From: Emiliania huxleyi CCMP1516
Lineage: Eukaryota
DNA length: 64,000 bases
Direction: 5' to 3'
Assembly: GCF_000372725.1 (NCBI RefSeq)
Contig: NW_005201202.1
Coordinates: forward strand, 124,001 to 188,000
A program made the position numbers and the translations under genes. A model generated the notes under the pieces. The model was given only the letters and a program-made list of their open reading frames with translations. It was not told the origin of the DNA and made no database searches. Positions 44,092 to 56,737 of the stretch are shown here, in pieces; within the stretch, counting starts at the first letter, position 1, and each line of letters opens with the position of its first letter.

Positions 44092-46202
44092 CTACTCCCG
44101 CGGAGCAATCCGTGCGCCCTCGCGCAGCAACCGCTGCAGTACCGTGCGATCGTGCACTCGCTTCGCAAACCGCGCAGCTGGGCTGATCGCGCCAAAGATG
44201 CTGCGCGGCAGCTTGGCATGCGCCACGAGCAGCGGGCGGGCCGCATCCATCACGTTGTACTCGGGCACGAGCTGGCGCGCCATGCCCTCGAGGCACATCG
44301 CGTTGACGACGAGCGTGACGTAGTTCGCGCCGACGGCGACTCGGTGCTCGCGGATGAGGCTGAGCGTCTCCTGCTCGCGGCAGACGATGGTGAAGAGACG
44401 CCTCCCCCAAATGTGCCCGATCTCAGCTGCGTCTCGGCTATCTCTCCCTCAGCACGACGCCCAAGTCAATGCCGTGGCCGTACCCTCTGCAGTGCCGCCC
44501 AAAGCTACTCGCCATCGCGTCGGCAAACGCGACGTCGCGCAGAGACGCCTCGCCCGCAGGCGCGCCATAGCCTCCGCCGCCACTGCCGCCGCCGCCACTG
44601 CCACTGCCGCCGCCGCCGCCAGCCCAGCGCAGCACGCACCGCGCCGCGGCGCGGCCGTCTCCCTCCCCGACGGCCTGCAGACGCATTCACATCCGTCTTG
44701 GTTTGTCGACAGACTGCGGATGACTAGCCCTCGCCGACGGCCTGCAGGAAGCCGATGAAGTTGTGCTGCTCGCTCGCGGTGAGCACCGCCGTCATGCCGA
44801 GGTCGACCATCCCGATGGTGCCGAGCCCGCCCCGCCCGTCGGCGCTGAAGAGCAAGTTGCCTGTGCTCACAGCGCAGACAGCGTGATGAGGCGCCGTTCA
44901 CGGCCGTTCGCAGCGCCGGTGGGCAGGCTCGCCGGGGTGCAGGTCGGCGTGCATCAGGTTGTCCGCGAGCAGCATCTTGTAGTAGATGTCGACGCCTTCC
45001 AACGGACACCCACCCGAGAGGTGACCAGCGGCCTGCGAGCGGCATTCGCTGGCAGCCGGCGCAGAGCCTCGCTGTACGATGTAGTGCCGCTGCGCAACGC
45101 TGAGCTGCCGCGCGCGGCTGATTGGCAATGCAGAGGGGGTGAGACGCTAGGAGTTGGGGCCGCAGAGATTGCTTGCCGCCTCTCGCGCCCGCGGATCGGG
45201 TCGTGGGCCGAGGCGGTCGCAGCGGCGAAGTTGATGTATTCGCCGATGGGCGCGCCTAGCACATGACAACACAATCACAGAGTAGAAGCTGCAAGACGGT
45301 GTGTGCCCTCGCCGTAGCGCGCCCGGCACGAGGGTCTCAATCAGAACACTCGGCGACGCCGAGAGAGGCGCGGGGAGGAGGACGTCGCCCCAAGCCTCGA
45401 AGTTGCGACCCACCAGCCGCAGCCAGCGAGCCTCCTCCTCGAGCGACGCCTGCCGCTGCAGCGCCCAGCCGAACTGCTTCACTGTCGACTGCGCGTCGAG
45501 CCAGCGCAAGCCGGGCACGCTGTCGACGGCGCGCGCAAGCAGCTCGAGCAGCCTGAAGTCCGCCTGTTCACGGGCCGTGAAGGTGTGAAGAGGCTGTGCA
45601 TAGGCAGCGGCTCGAGCAGCTCGAAGCCGCGCCTCCAGTTCTGCCCCGACACGCGGGTGGCGAACCTTGACCGCCACCGCACTGCCGTTGAGCCGGGCGA
45701 GGTGGACCTGTGGGAGGAAGGAGTCTCGCATCACAGAACTGGCCGAGTCAGTGAGCCGTGCGAGGTGGACCTGGCCGATGGATCCGCTCGCCAGCGGCTC
45801 GTCCTCCCACGCGTCAAAGTAGTCTTCGATGCTCGCTCCGGTGGCCGCCTCGACCTCGGCGCGCGAGATCGCGGCGGCGTGGGCGGGCGCGTGCGCGTGC
45901 AGGACGGAGAGCGCCTCGCAGACAGACGGAGGGACGAGGTCCGGCCGCGTCGCCGCCCACTGGCCCCACTTTGTCAGCGCGGCGCTACGGCCGAGAGCGT
46001 GCCGCAGCGCCGGAAGGAAGAGGCACTGCTGGATAGTGGAGGAGGCCGCCGCCGCGGGCGATAGCAGGACAGCAGGCGACAGCGCGAGGCTGAGGACGAG
46101 TGCGCGATTCAGGAGGAGAACGGTTTGCGGCGCACAGGCGAGCAGCAGCGCAAGCAAGAGCGAGATGACGGCGCATCGTCGGAGGAGGCGCGAGGAGGCC
46201 AT
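44092..46202 (-). CDS. ABC1/ADCK (UbiB) family atypical kinase, multi-exon
   Basis: TKWGQWAATRPDL, PLASGSIGQVH, VAVKVRHP, MLLADNLMHADLHPG(N), DLGM. Confidence 0.92.
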
Positions 46203-48233
46203 GGCGACAACAGAACGGAGGACGACAGAGCGGGCCTGGTTCTGGTGGGTTCTTGATCTCGTGCGGGAAGCCCCGGCTCGAACCCTTGGGGGGGGGGGGG
46301 GCAATGCGCGCCAGTCCCGTGCCATATACAAATAAAAAATGCAGCACGCATGGGCGACGCACGAACACAGAGGCACAGTCTGTCACATCACGGTGAAAGA
46401 AAGAAAAAAGATACGCCAAGGGAGGGATACACACGGTAAATAAATAAATAGATCATCTCCAGGGAGAGATGGGCGACGCACACGAACACAGAGGGACAGT
46501 GCGCACCCCGCCCCGCTCGAAGGCAGGGTGTGCATCAGAGCATCACACAGGTGGACTGTGATCTGTGGAAGCTGCCCGGGTACTATCCGTTGTGGTCGGG
46601 CGCAACCTCGACAACCTAAACCTCGACATGTGCATGGAGCTTTTGGAGCAGACCCCGCGCGGCCAGCGCGCCGCGCAGCTGGGCCCCGGTGGTCGCCAGG
46701 ATGGATCTCGACCCCTCCGGCACGAGCACCGCGCTCGTCAGCGACTCGGCAGACTATGCCGAGGAGCGCGTTCGAACAGCGCCCCGCCGAGATCTCCCTC
46801 TCTGAGTACATACACCCCACGATCGAGACCGCCGGTCGGCAGCCCTAAAGCTGACTTTCCAGAGCTGCGGTCAGCGCCTCTCGTCGAGTGTCGCCGACCG
46901 CAGCTCTGCTTCGTTCCTCTACAATCGATCGAGGCTCATCTCTCGACAATCTCGGCTCCACCAAGCCGCCGGCCAGAGAGATGTCGCTGTCGAGCGCGGT
47001 GATGCGTGCCGTGGGGGTCGGTCTCCCTCCTAGTGGCCGCCTCCGCGCGGATTACTGGCCGTCTGGGAACTCGGCGAACTGCAGGGGAAGGGGGCGCGTC
47101 GGGAGGTTCTCGCGCCCGCCGTGTGGTGAGGATTCAAGCTTACGCCATAATGGGGGGCCAGCACGCCGGGCTGGTGGCCTTTTGTGGACAATGAACACAG
47201 ATAGCAGTGCGGACAAAGATGGGGATCGGCGCCATGCACAAACACCTGGGCGTGCATTGTCCGCGCCTGCGACACGACACATTACAGAGTTTTTACACCT
47301 CACATTACACGGACGAATAACTCTCAGAAGTCCACACGAGACGCACCGGGGAAGGGGTGGGGGCGGCAGCGGTAGCAGCGGGGGCGGCGGAGGCGGCAGC
47401 GGACGCGCGCGACGGAGGGGCGGAGCAGCGGTCGCTGCTCCGTGTGCGGACAGGGATGGGAATCGGCGCCATGCACGCTCCTGTGGGCGCGCGCGCATTG
47501 CCACATTACTCTCGGGAGACGTACCGGGGAAGGAAAGGGGGGGGCGTCGGGGGTAGCAGCGGAGGCAGCAGCGGGCGCACGCAACGGAGGGGCGGAGCAG
47601 CGACCGCTGCGCGCGCGGTCGCTGCTCCGTCTGCGCCGGAGCGCGCCGCCAGCGCGCACGCCCTCGATAGGCTCGCGCGTGAGGAGGCAAGCGTGGCGGC
47701 GCGGGGAAGCGCGGCGGCGGCGGCGAGCACGCGAGTGGTCCGCGCGCGGCGAGGCGGACGGGCGATGGCCGGCGGGTGACGAGGCAAGAGAGCAGCCAAC
47801 ACCCGACGCGAACGGCATTGAACGTCTGCGCAGAAGCCATAGGGCAGTCAGTGGTGGGGCGAGGCGGAGCCGGCCGCGGGCCGGGTGCAAGGCGCCGGCC
47901 TTGGCGCCGCCTCGGCGCGCCTTCTTCAACTGACCGAGCTCTCCTCCAGACTCTTGGCGCGATTGCCGCAGCAGGACGGGGCGCAGCGGCGGAGTCGGAG
48001 GCGAAGGTGCAGCCTCAGGGGGGCGCGCGCCGCCATCCGAGAGCATCAATATGCTCACTCGGACGAGACGACCTTGCTCGGCTTCCGTAATTGTGCATGA
48101 GCAGCGCCCGGAGCTTCCTGGGGGAGGGGGGCGCGTCGACGTTGTCGAGGTGTCGAGGTTGCGTGTTTCGAGGTTGCATGCTCACGCTACTCGAGTTCCT
48201 CCTGCCACTCCTGCCACTCTCCGAGGCCACCCC

Positions 48234-49700
48234 ATGCCACTCTCCGAGGCGCAGCTGCTCGAGATCCAGGCCGACGCGATGGCGGACGACGTGCCCATAG
48301 ACCTCGTCACCATGTCCGAGTGGAGCGAGGCCGAAGCGGTCGCCTACTTTGAGAGTGGCGGTGAGACGGTGCCGGGCGCGGCGGGCACCTACACCCGCGG
48401 CGACGCTCCCACCGGTTCGACGCCTTGGCTGCGCTGCCTCGGGAAGAAGCCGGCGGCGACGCACCGCGTGGTCGTGTTCAACTGGACGGGCAACCGCGGC
48501 GGGCAGGGCTCGGCGCACAACCTGATGCGCCCAAACTGGTCGGCGGCGATGGAGGCGTCCGAGGTGTACGAGGTGCTGCTTCCCGGCCGAGGGATGCGCC
48601 AAAAGGAGGCGCTGCACACCTCGACCCGCGAGCTCGTCGCTGCGCTCGCCGCCGCGCTCGGCCCGGCGCTCCGCGGCGGCAAGCCCTTCGCCTTCGTCGG
48701 CCTCTCCCACGGCGCCCTCCTCGCCTTCGAGACCGCGCTCGCCATCAGCGCCGCCGCGCCGGGCGAGGGACCCGCGCTGCTGTGCGCCGTCAGCGCCGAG
48801 GGCCCTTCCTGGCCCGGCCGCAAAGGCGGGCCGGTGATGGAGTGAGCAACAGCGATCGTCCTGTGCCGTGCTTGATTACCCAACTGTCAGTGAGGCACAG
48901 GCGAGCTGCACAAGCTCGACGACGACGCCTTCAAGGCGACGCCTCTGCCGCCACGGGCTGGGACGGAGGCCTTCGCTACTGATTCACCAGCCCGCTAGCA
49001 GGCGATGCTCGCCGACAAGGGCGGCACCGACTTCATCCTCCGCGACGCCGGCCTGACGAAGATGTGCCGAGAGAAGCCGAGATGAGCCGAGAGGAGCCGA
49101 GAGGAGCCGAGAGGGGCCGAGAGGAGCCGAGAGGAGCCGAGAGGGGCCGAGAGGGGCCGAGAGAAGCCGAGAGGGGCCGGGAGGGGCCGAGAGGGGCCGA
49201 GAGGGGCCGAGAGGGGCCGAGAGGGGCCGAGAGGGGCCGAGAGAAGCCGAGAGGGGCCGAGAGGGGCCGAGAGGGGCCGAGAGGGGCCGTGAGGGGCCTC
49301 AATCAGACGCGATCAAGCGCGTTCAGACGCGTTCAGACGCGGTCTCTGGCATGCGAGTGCCGGACATGGCGACCCTGTGAACAGCGTCTCTTCACAGCCA
49401 GCCGGCGTGAATAGGTACGTGCCGGTGATCCAGGCCGACCTGGCGCTCGAGGAGACGTACGCCCCGTCCGGCGGCCGGCTGGGCGTGCCTGTCCTCGCGG
49501 TGGTTGGCGAGGCGGCGGGCCGAGACAAGCAGCGCACGTGCGTGCCGCGAGAGGCAGCCGCTCTCTGGCTTGAGGCGACGAGTGCCGCTGGAGGATCGAG
49601 GGTGTGCTCTCTGCCGGAGGTGGACTGGTACGTCTTCCAGGAGCCCGCGGGCGCGGCGGCGGTGCAGCGCGAGGTCGCCGCCTTCATGAGAAGCGTCTGA
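48234..49700 (+). CDS. Type II thioesterase-like alpha/beta hydrolase with short acidic N-terminal module, multi-exon
   Basis: LPGRGMRQKE, KPFAFVGLSHGALLAFE (GxSxG), PVIQADLALEETY. Confidence 0.85.
49065..49290. repeat. Intronic 10-bp minisatellite (GAGRRGCCGA)n
   Basis: About 22 tandem copies within a thioesterase intron. Confidence 0.92.
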
Positions 49701-50117
49701 GATGCCCTTGGTGATGCTCCGATAAACCCGCCGGATCTTCTTCGACAACGATTTTTCTTTTTTGGAAGGGGTTGCGCCGGGGCCGCGCGGGGGGCGGGCG
49801 CCCGCCAGGATCCCCCGCTGACACACCCCTCTGCCTCTCCTCTCAATATGATAAAATAAAAACAAATAACAATCTCCGCGGAAGAGCTCAAGGGACACAA
49901 AAGAGCATCGACCCGAACCGTCTGCGGCACACACTGCACATCACACGCCCCGCGTTCAGAGTCTCGAGTTCAGAGTCGCGCACGCTGCAAATCTCGTGGC
50001 CGGTTGCGCGCTCGCCTGACTCTCTGAGCCGCGTCGCGATACGCGAACGCCCGCGCAACCCACTGTATGTTGAAGGCCCGCCCCAACAGGCGGAGACAGA
50101 GGAGGGGGTTCCCAAGG

Positions 50118-51800
50118 TCAGAGCGTCTTCTCCTTCGAGTCACGCGCGCCAGCCAGCTGCTTGAGCTGCTCCTCGACGGCGGCCGGCTTGACGCCCGCGC
50201 GGTGGCCGTACCAGTTGAGGTACCTATTGACCATGCGTGCCTGCTCTTATTTATGACTCATGACGCGTGGTGGCCATACCAGTTGAGGCACCTCTCGACC
50301 ACCCATTCGGACAGGAAAGCGGGCAGCCGCGGCAGCGCCTGCATCGCGAGACTTGACGAGTAATCGGGACTGGGCGTGTCGCAAACTGTTCGCTAACAGC
50401 AGCCGCGGCGGCGCCTGCATCACGTAGCGCGAATCGCAGCCGCAGTAGACCTCCGCCTGTATGAAGCACAATGCACATGACACATCACGGCACGGTATCT
50501 CGCAGCGGCAGCAGACCTCCGCCTCTGGTGGGGAGAGAGTGGTCGCCGCGCGGACCAGCGCCTAACCAACGGAGAGCTCACTCAGCCCATTTCAACCAAT
50601 GCCGAGTGGTCGCCGCGCGGACCGGCGCCTCGCTCGCGCGGAGCGGGCTGGGCCTTGGGCGGCGTGGGCGTTGGGCTCGGGTTCGGGGATGGGGTTCGGG
50701 GGTCGGGGGTGGGGCTTGGGCTCGGGTGCACGCCTCGTTGACGCGGAGCGGGTCCCAGGCAAAGTCAATGAGCAAGGCGTCGCTCGAGTACTCGAGGCAC
50801 TCGAGCACGGCCTCGCCGTACTCGGCCTGCTTGGAGGCGGCCATGCGGTCCCACGTCTTGCGCACGTAGTCGGCGCCTCGGAAGGTTCCGTCGGCGGCGA
50901 CGATGAGCGGCGTCTTGTGGAAGGAGGCGAGGACGGTGGTGACGCCGATGCCAAAGTGCTGGAGCTCCATCCGGAGGCAGGCGGCGTACGTGTCGCACGC
51001 GTGCTTCGACGTCGAGTACGGGGAGAGGTACGCCACCGGAAGCTTGCCTAGAAGGCTCCTAGAAGGTTCCTAGAAGGTTCCTAGGAAGGGGAGAGGTACG
51101 CCACCCGCAGCTTGCCGGCGATCGACGAGTTGATGACGAACCGCGGCTGCGGCGGCGCTCCCTCGCCCCCCGCCCGCCGCATCGCGGCGGTGCGCTTGAG
51201 GGCGGGCAGGAGCGCCTTGGTGAGCCGGATCACGCCGTAAAAGTTGACGTTGATGTTGGACTCGAAGTCCGACATCGCCAGCCAGTCGATCGGCCCGCCG
51301 GCGGCCAGGCCCGCGTTGCAAACCACAGAGAGGAGCGCGCGGCGGCCGCCGCCTCCGAGCCACTCGTCCACGGCCGCGACGGCGGCGTCGACGGACGCGT
51401 CCTTGGTCACGTCGAGGGCGACCGGCACCAGCCGCTCGCCTCCCGCCGCAGCCTCGCGCAGCGCCGCTCCTCCCTCTGGCGTGAGGCAGCCCGCAAAGAC
51501 GGTGTAGCCGCGGCCGGCGAGGGAGAGCGCGGCTGTCTTGCCGAAGCCGGAGTCGCAGCCGGAGATGAAGATGCCGAAGCGGCCACGCTCAGTCTCGGCC
51601 AGCTCCAGCTCTCCCGCCATCGCCGCACGGATGGCGCGCACGCACTTGTACGCAAGGACAAAGGGCGCCACCAGGCCGGCGGCGAGGCAGAGCAGCGTCC
51701 AGTGGAGGCCCTCGACGATGTGGCCAGCAACTGGGTGGTGGAGGAAGACGTTGACGGCGTTGAAGGCGGCGCCGGGCGGCTGGCGTGCAGGCACAGGCAT
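50118..51800 (-). CDS. Short-chain dehydrogenase/reductase (RDH/BDH1-like), multi-exon
   Basis: ISGCDSGFG, LDVT, CNAG, VNFYG, YSTSKH. Last exon inferred as LNWYGH...KEKTL*. Confidence 0.9.
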
Positions 51801-52102
51801 GACCAGGAGATATTTTTCTTCTTTTGCCCTTGACCTTTTTTTCGTCGTGCCAGAGACGGCGAGGTACTACTTCCCGCCTGCTGTGAAAACATGAACACTG
51901 TCGCCTGTCTGCTATAGCCGCAGCCACTCCCAGCTGCTCGGTGTGAAGTTCGTACACCGAGCTCCGCAAGACTGGGGCCCTCCGGTCTTCACAGCGGAGT
52001 TTGCCAGCAGGCTGCTCGCGCCGAGGCTCGCATTCTCAGGTTGACTCAGCCGCGAGAGGCGTGGGAATTTCTCGCCAGCCTTGCAATCGATCGATCCGCT
52101 GC

Positions 52103-52843
52103 ATGTGTGTGACACTCCTGCTGGCCGTGGCCGGCGCGCTCGCGCTCCGTCCCGGCGTGCACGTCTGCAGGTCCAGTCGCGGCGGCGACGTTTCCATGAA
52201 GATCCTTCGGCACCAGGCGGGCGCGAGCGCCGACTCGACGAGCGCGGCGCTGGACCGGCTGTGCGGGGCTCCGTCCGGCGTGTTTGTGCTCTCGTACACC
52301 GAGGCGGGTGCGCTGTCCAACTCTCTCCTCGAGAGGGTAGTCGCAGACTTTGAGGCCTCGGAGCTGTACGGCGGGCCGGCGCTAGCGTGTGCCCAGATCG
52401 TGCGCGACGGCGGCGGGCCGCAGGATGCGCTCTGCGACCAGCGCGGGGTCACCGTCTTCCCCACCACCGAAGTTTGGCAGAAGGGCGCGCTGGTCGCCAC
52501 GGTCGGCGCCTTTGAGCTCGAAGCGACGCTGCGTGGGCTCGGCCTGCGCACGGCGCGCCGCGCACCTCGACGTGGTGGGCAGCGCGGCCGAGGGACGGCT
52601 CCAACGCTTCCGAGACGTGTCCTGTAGGCCGCCACGTCAACGTGGAGCAACGCGGCCAAGGGCTCCGACGCAAAGGGGCTGCCCTCGGCCACCGCCGTCG
52701 ATGACATCGACTTCACAGGCGGCGGTGGGGAGGGAGGGAGGCCGATCGACATGGGCAGAAGGGGCGACCGCGGGATCACGCAGGACTACTTCCCGTTTGG
52801 CGACACCGACAAGCCGGGCGACGAGATGGGCGATGCCAAGTGA
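52103..52843 (+). CDS. Probable plastid/secreted protein with atypical thioredoxin-like fold (no CxxC), one intron
   Basis: Signal-like MCVTLLLAVAGALALRP and LCDQRGVTVFPTTEVWQKG. Exon 2 follows an acceptor at ~52627. Confidence 0.6.
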
Positions 52844-53685
52844 GTCGGAAGGTGAGACGTTTGAGAGCGCGTGGGTTTTTGTGATTGTCGGTGCGTTTTG
52901 GTTTTTTTTTAGGAACAAGCAAAGGAGGCGACGCACGCCACCCCCCGGGCCCGCCGACAGAATCCCACACAGTTCACAGAACCTTGGAGACGACACACAT
53001 AGGTGGTAGACAGCGCCCCAACGCAAAAAGGCAAAATTCACCAGTGTGGGATTTCGCGCAAACCGCAATTTCGCTTGACTCTGAAAAGCTCGCATGTACC
53101 TCCTGCGAGCGCTGTGATCGCCGCAGACTGGCTCCGACTTGACGGGCGCATGGAGACGTGATGCCTCCATGCGCCCCGTCGCGTCGAAATCGACATGTGA
53201 GTCGATCTTTGGCCCGCCAGAGGTACATGCGGCGTTTTGGGCGACAACAGCGCTGCGACCGCGAAGTGGCGGTGGACATGCTCCCATGTTGCCGACGCGG
53301 CGCCGGAGTGGCCGGCGCTGCTCGCCGCGACCACGACGGTGCAGAGGAGCCGAGTGCAGTGACGATCCAGAGGCTACCTGGGTCACCAAGTGGTGGACCT
53401 TGCCCACTCTGAGCAGGGCTGTGCTTTGGTGTGGGGTTGTGTTTGAGCATGTGTGAAGTGGGAGTGCGTGCCGGCGGTGTCTGTGGGTGAAATAGGCGTG
53501 TGTGAGGCTGCAGAGCCGGGGTATGCGAGCCAGAGTGGGCTTCATCACCCAAAATAAGGACCGTCTGGGACAGCTCAGACTTGATACTGATGGGCCTTGG
53601 CCAGGAGAGCGGCAGGGAAGGCGAGGTGGTGAGATGGGAAGCCGCTTTGTCGGCACCTGGACGTGTCGCGATGACCTGTGCCAAA

Positions 53686-54378
53686 AAGCGTTGTTTGCGG
53701 CTATTGCTCAAGACTTCGGGAGAGAAGGCCTACATATTATGACTTCATCCATGCGCCTGGTGCATGAGAGCTGTAGGTCGGGACATATCACGGTCGGTGG
53801 CGCCGATAATGACCTCCGAAAAGCCCTCGCAATCGCTCCAGATGGGTCCACCGGGGACGATCTCGAGCCCTCTCCGTGGCATCACGAGCCGGTATGAGCC
53901 TGAAGACCCAATATTCGTGCGGTCTGGCACTCCACAGTTCAGACCTGCTCCTGGTAGGCCTGGGCCAGGAGAGCGACAGAGAAGGCGAGGTGGTAAGCTG
54001 AGAGCAGGAAATAGCGCTTCGTGGCACCTGCTTCGCGACAAGGTCACACGCGGACTCTCCAGCCTCTCAGCTCACTAGCTCGCCTTCTCTGTCGCTCTCC
54101 TGGCCCAGGCCCATCAGTAGCAGGCCCGAGCTGTCCCGAACCGCACTTATCTCGGGTCTTCAAGCTCACACCGGCGCGTGATGCCACGGAGAGGGCTCGA
54201 GATTGTTCCCAGTGGACCCCATCCGAGCCGATTGCGAGGGCATTTCGGAGGTCATTATCGGCGCCACCGACTGTGAAATGTCCCGACCCACAGCTCTTCT
54301 GCACCAGGCGCATGGATGAAGTCATAATATGTAGGCCTTCTCTCCCGAAGTCTTGAGCAATAGCCGCAAAAGGCGCTT
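53686..54378. repeat. Long imperfect inverted repeat (fold-back), ~320-bp arms, ~60-bp loop
   Basis: 53694-53764 is the exact reverse complement of 54300-54370 (71 bp), and similarity continues inward. Confidence 0.92.
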
Positions 54379-55433
54379 CTTAAGTGGCCGTTTCGGAGCA
54401 CCGTGTTGCCTTCGGTGGCAACGGTGGCAGGGTGGTGTGGCGCGAGAACAACCTCGACCCGCGAGCCCTTGCTTGGCATGCCAGTAGGGACATGTCATGC
54501 CGTGCCAGGAAGGACGGTATTTCCACCTCTATAGAGCCTGGGGCGGTGAGACTCAGCGAGATTACTGCGTTTTGCCGACTCGCGCCCCGTCTGCTGCACG
54601 AGCCAAGGCGCACGTCAGGCACCGTGGGGGGCGCGCACGAGCGTCTGACACCGTTCATCCGACTAGAGAATTGTAGTAAGGAGTCCGTACTGCAACCCCA
54701 AAGTCCGACAATCGATGTCAATTGCTCTTCCGCGCCCTCCACGGCGCGCACCGTTCTGGGACTTGCACACCCCTCGCGGCCCGTCTGCTGGATGGAGCCG
54801 ACATCACTGCCTAAGCCTCGACGGCTCCATGGCCGGCATGTTGGGTACTATACGGGCGGCGGGAAGTGCGCTTCCTGCCAGGCGCTAGCGGTGGAGCTTG
54901 GCTGGCTCGATACTGTGCACTCAGGCCCGGAACCAGACGGGCTGCGTGGTGACGACGCGCCGGATGCCGTGCCGACGGCCGACAAGATGCCCGACGCGAC
55001 GGGTGGGACCATGTCAAGCCGGGGACGGGGCGGTGTTATTTAGCCGCAAGTCTTACCGGGAATGCACGCAGCGCCAGAAGGCCGCGGTGTGGCTCTGCGA
55101 AGGCTGCCACACGCACCAGCGCACCACACAAGCATGCTTGCCCGGAGGGCCGGTCTCTGCTGGTTGGGTGAGCGGTGGGGGAAGATGCTGTGCAGACCGA
55201 AGTAGTGCGTATTATCGCTTCTAGCTTGGAGTGTGTGGTCTCTACAACCCCTACACCACATCCCACACCGGTAGAGCTCGACTGCACCTCGGCAAGTATA
55301 CGAGAAAAAATCTTCGACGCCTACTGACACAAGGTTAAGGAGAGGAGTGTGGTGCTAGCCGTCGCCCGGGGATCGCACACTGAATTCTTTTTGCCCCGGC
55401 GCAGATGCCCAAAACGCAACGCAAACACGCACG

Positions 55434-56737
55434 ATGCCGCTCACCTGCGCGCCTATTGCGCAGCCTGGCGCCAGCGCCATCGCTCTCGGCGCCGCCCTCG
55501 CTGCGGCCACCTTCCTCGTGCCGCTGCCGCAGGGTTGGAAGGTGTTTGCCACTCAATCGCCCACCCTACCGCCGCTCTGCCGCCGCCGCTCGCCTGTCAT
55601 CACCGCTCGCCTATCGCCGAGAAGCGCCGCAGCCGACATCGCGCCCTCCCGTCGCTGCGCCGCTGCCGCCGCTGCCTCGCCTCGGTCGCCTTGGAACCGG
55701 CCCCTTGCGGTGACCGCCGCCGCAGGTGTGGCGGACGCGCTCGAGCCGCGGCATCTCTCTCCTCACGCTGCACCTGACGGTGCTCTTCGGCGCATCGAGC
55801 ATCGCGACGATGATCGGCTTCAAGCAGCCCGCCCTCGCCGCATGCGCCCACGGCCCAGGCTGCCTGGCCTCGCTCCTCGACGCCCTGCAGCAGCTCGCGG
55901 CCGCCGCCTCGTGGACGGGCGTGCTCGCCGTCACCCTCCGCACGCCCGAGTCTCGCTCCGCCTCCTCCCTCCTCGCCGCCGGCGCCGACGCCTCTGCGGC
56001 AGTGCAGCCGCCTCGCAGCAGCCTCCCGTGAGCCCTCCCGCGAGAAAGCTGCCTCTAGGCCTGACGCTGTGCGCCGTGGCGGCCGCCGTCGGGACGAGCG
56101 CTGCGCTCGCTTCCGCTGCACCGTGCTCTCAAGCCTCGCTGCTCTACGCGCAGGCCCTCGGCTGGGTCGGTTCCGCCATCGCGGCCTGCCAGTTTGCGCC
56201 GCAGCTGCTGGCCACGTGGCGGCAGCGCGGCTCCGGCGCCCTCTCGTACGCAACCTACCTGCTGCAGACGGCGGGCTCGCTGCTCGTCGTCCTCAACCAG
56301 GCCGTCTTCCAGCAGGACTCGTGGCCCGTGTGGCTGCCCGTGCTCGTCTCGGCGGCCATGCAGGCGCGCGAGATCCATATCTCGGCGCATCTCGGCACGT
56401 CTCCGCATCTCGGCACATCTCCACGTCTCGGCCCATCTCCGCACGCCTCTCCGCACGCCACTCCGCACTCCTCAAGGCGTGCGTGCTCGCGGTCGGCATC
56501 TTCTTCGACCGGCCCTGCTGCCGCCCAGCCGCCGCCGCCCGCCCGACCTCGCGCTCGCTGCTCCCGGAGTTCAACGCGCGCGCGGAAGATGGGGGCGGAG
56601 CGACGGCCGGGCGGCGGCAACCGCTGCTGCAAGGCGCGCTGCCGGCGGAGCAGGCAGCGGACGGGCCCCCGGAGGAGGGCGGGGAGCCGCAGCCCTTGGG
56701 CGCGGCAGTGGAGGAGGGGCGAGGGGGGTCTGGGTGA
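55434..56737 (+). CDS. PQ-loop repeat membrane protein, multi-exon
   Basis: FLVPLPQ(V)WRTRSSRGISLLTL and CQFAPQLLATWRQRGSGALS, plus several hydrophobic helices. Confidence 0.85.

Noticed and set aside
46400..48050. Gene in the ABC1-thioesterase interval
   Set aside because: Only degenerate direct repeats (~47206 vs ~47444) and low-complexity ORFs are present.
54380..55230. Cys-rich ORFs as a zinc-finger or transposase gene
   Set aside because: Fragmented across frames, with no catalytic motif recognised.
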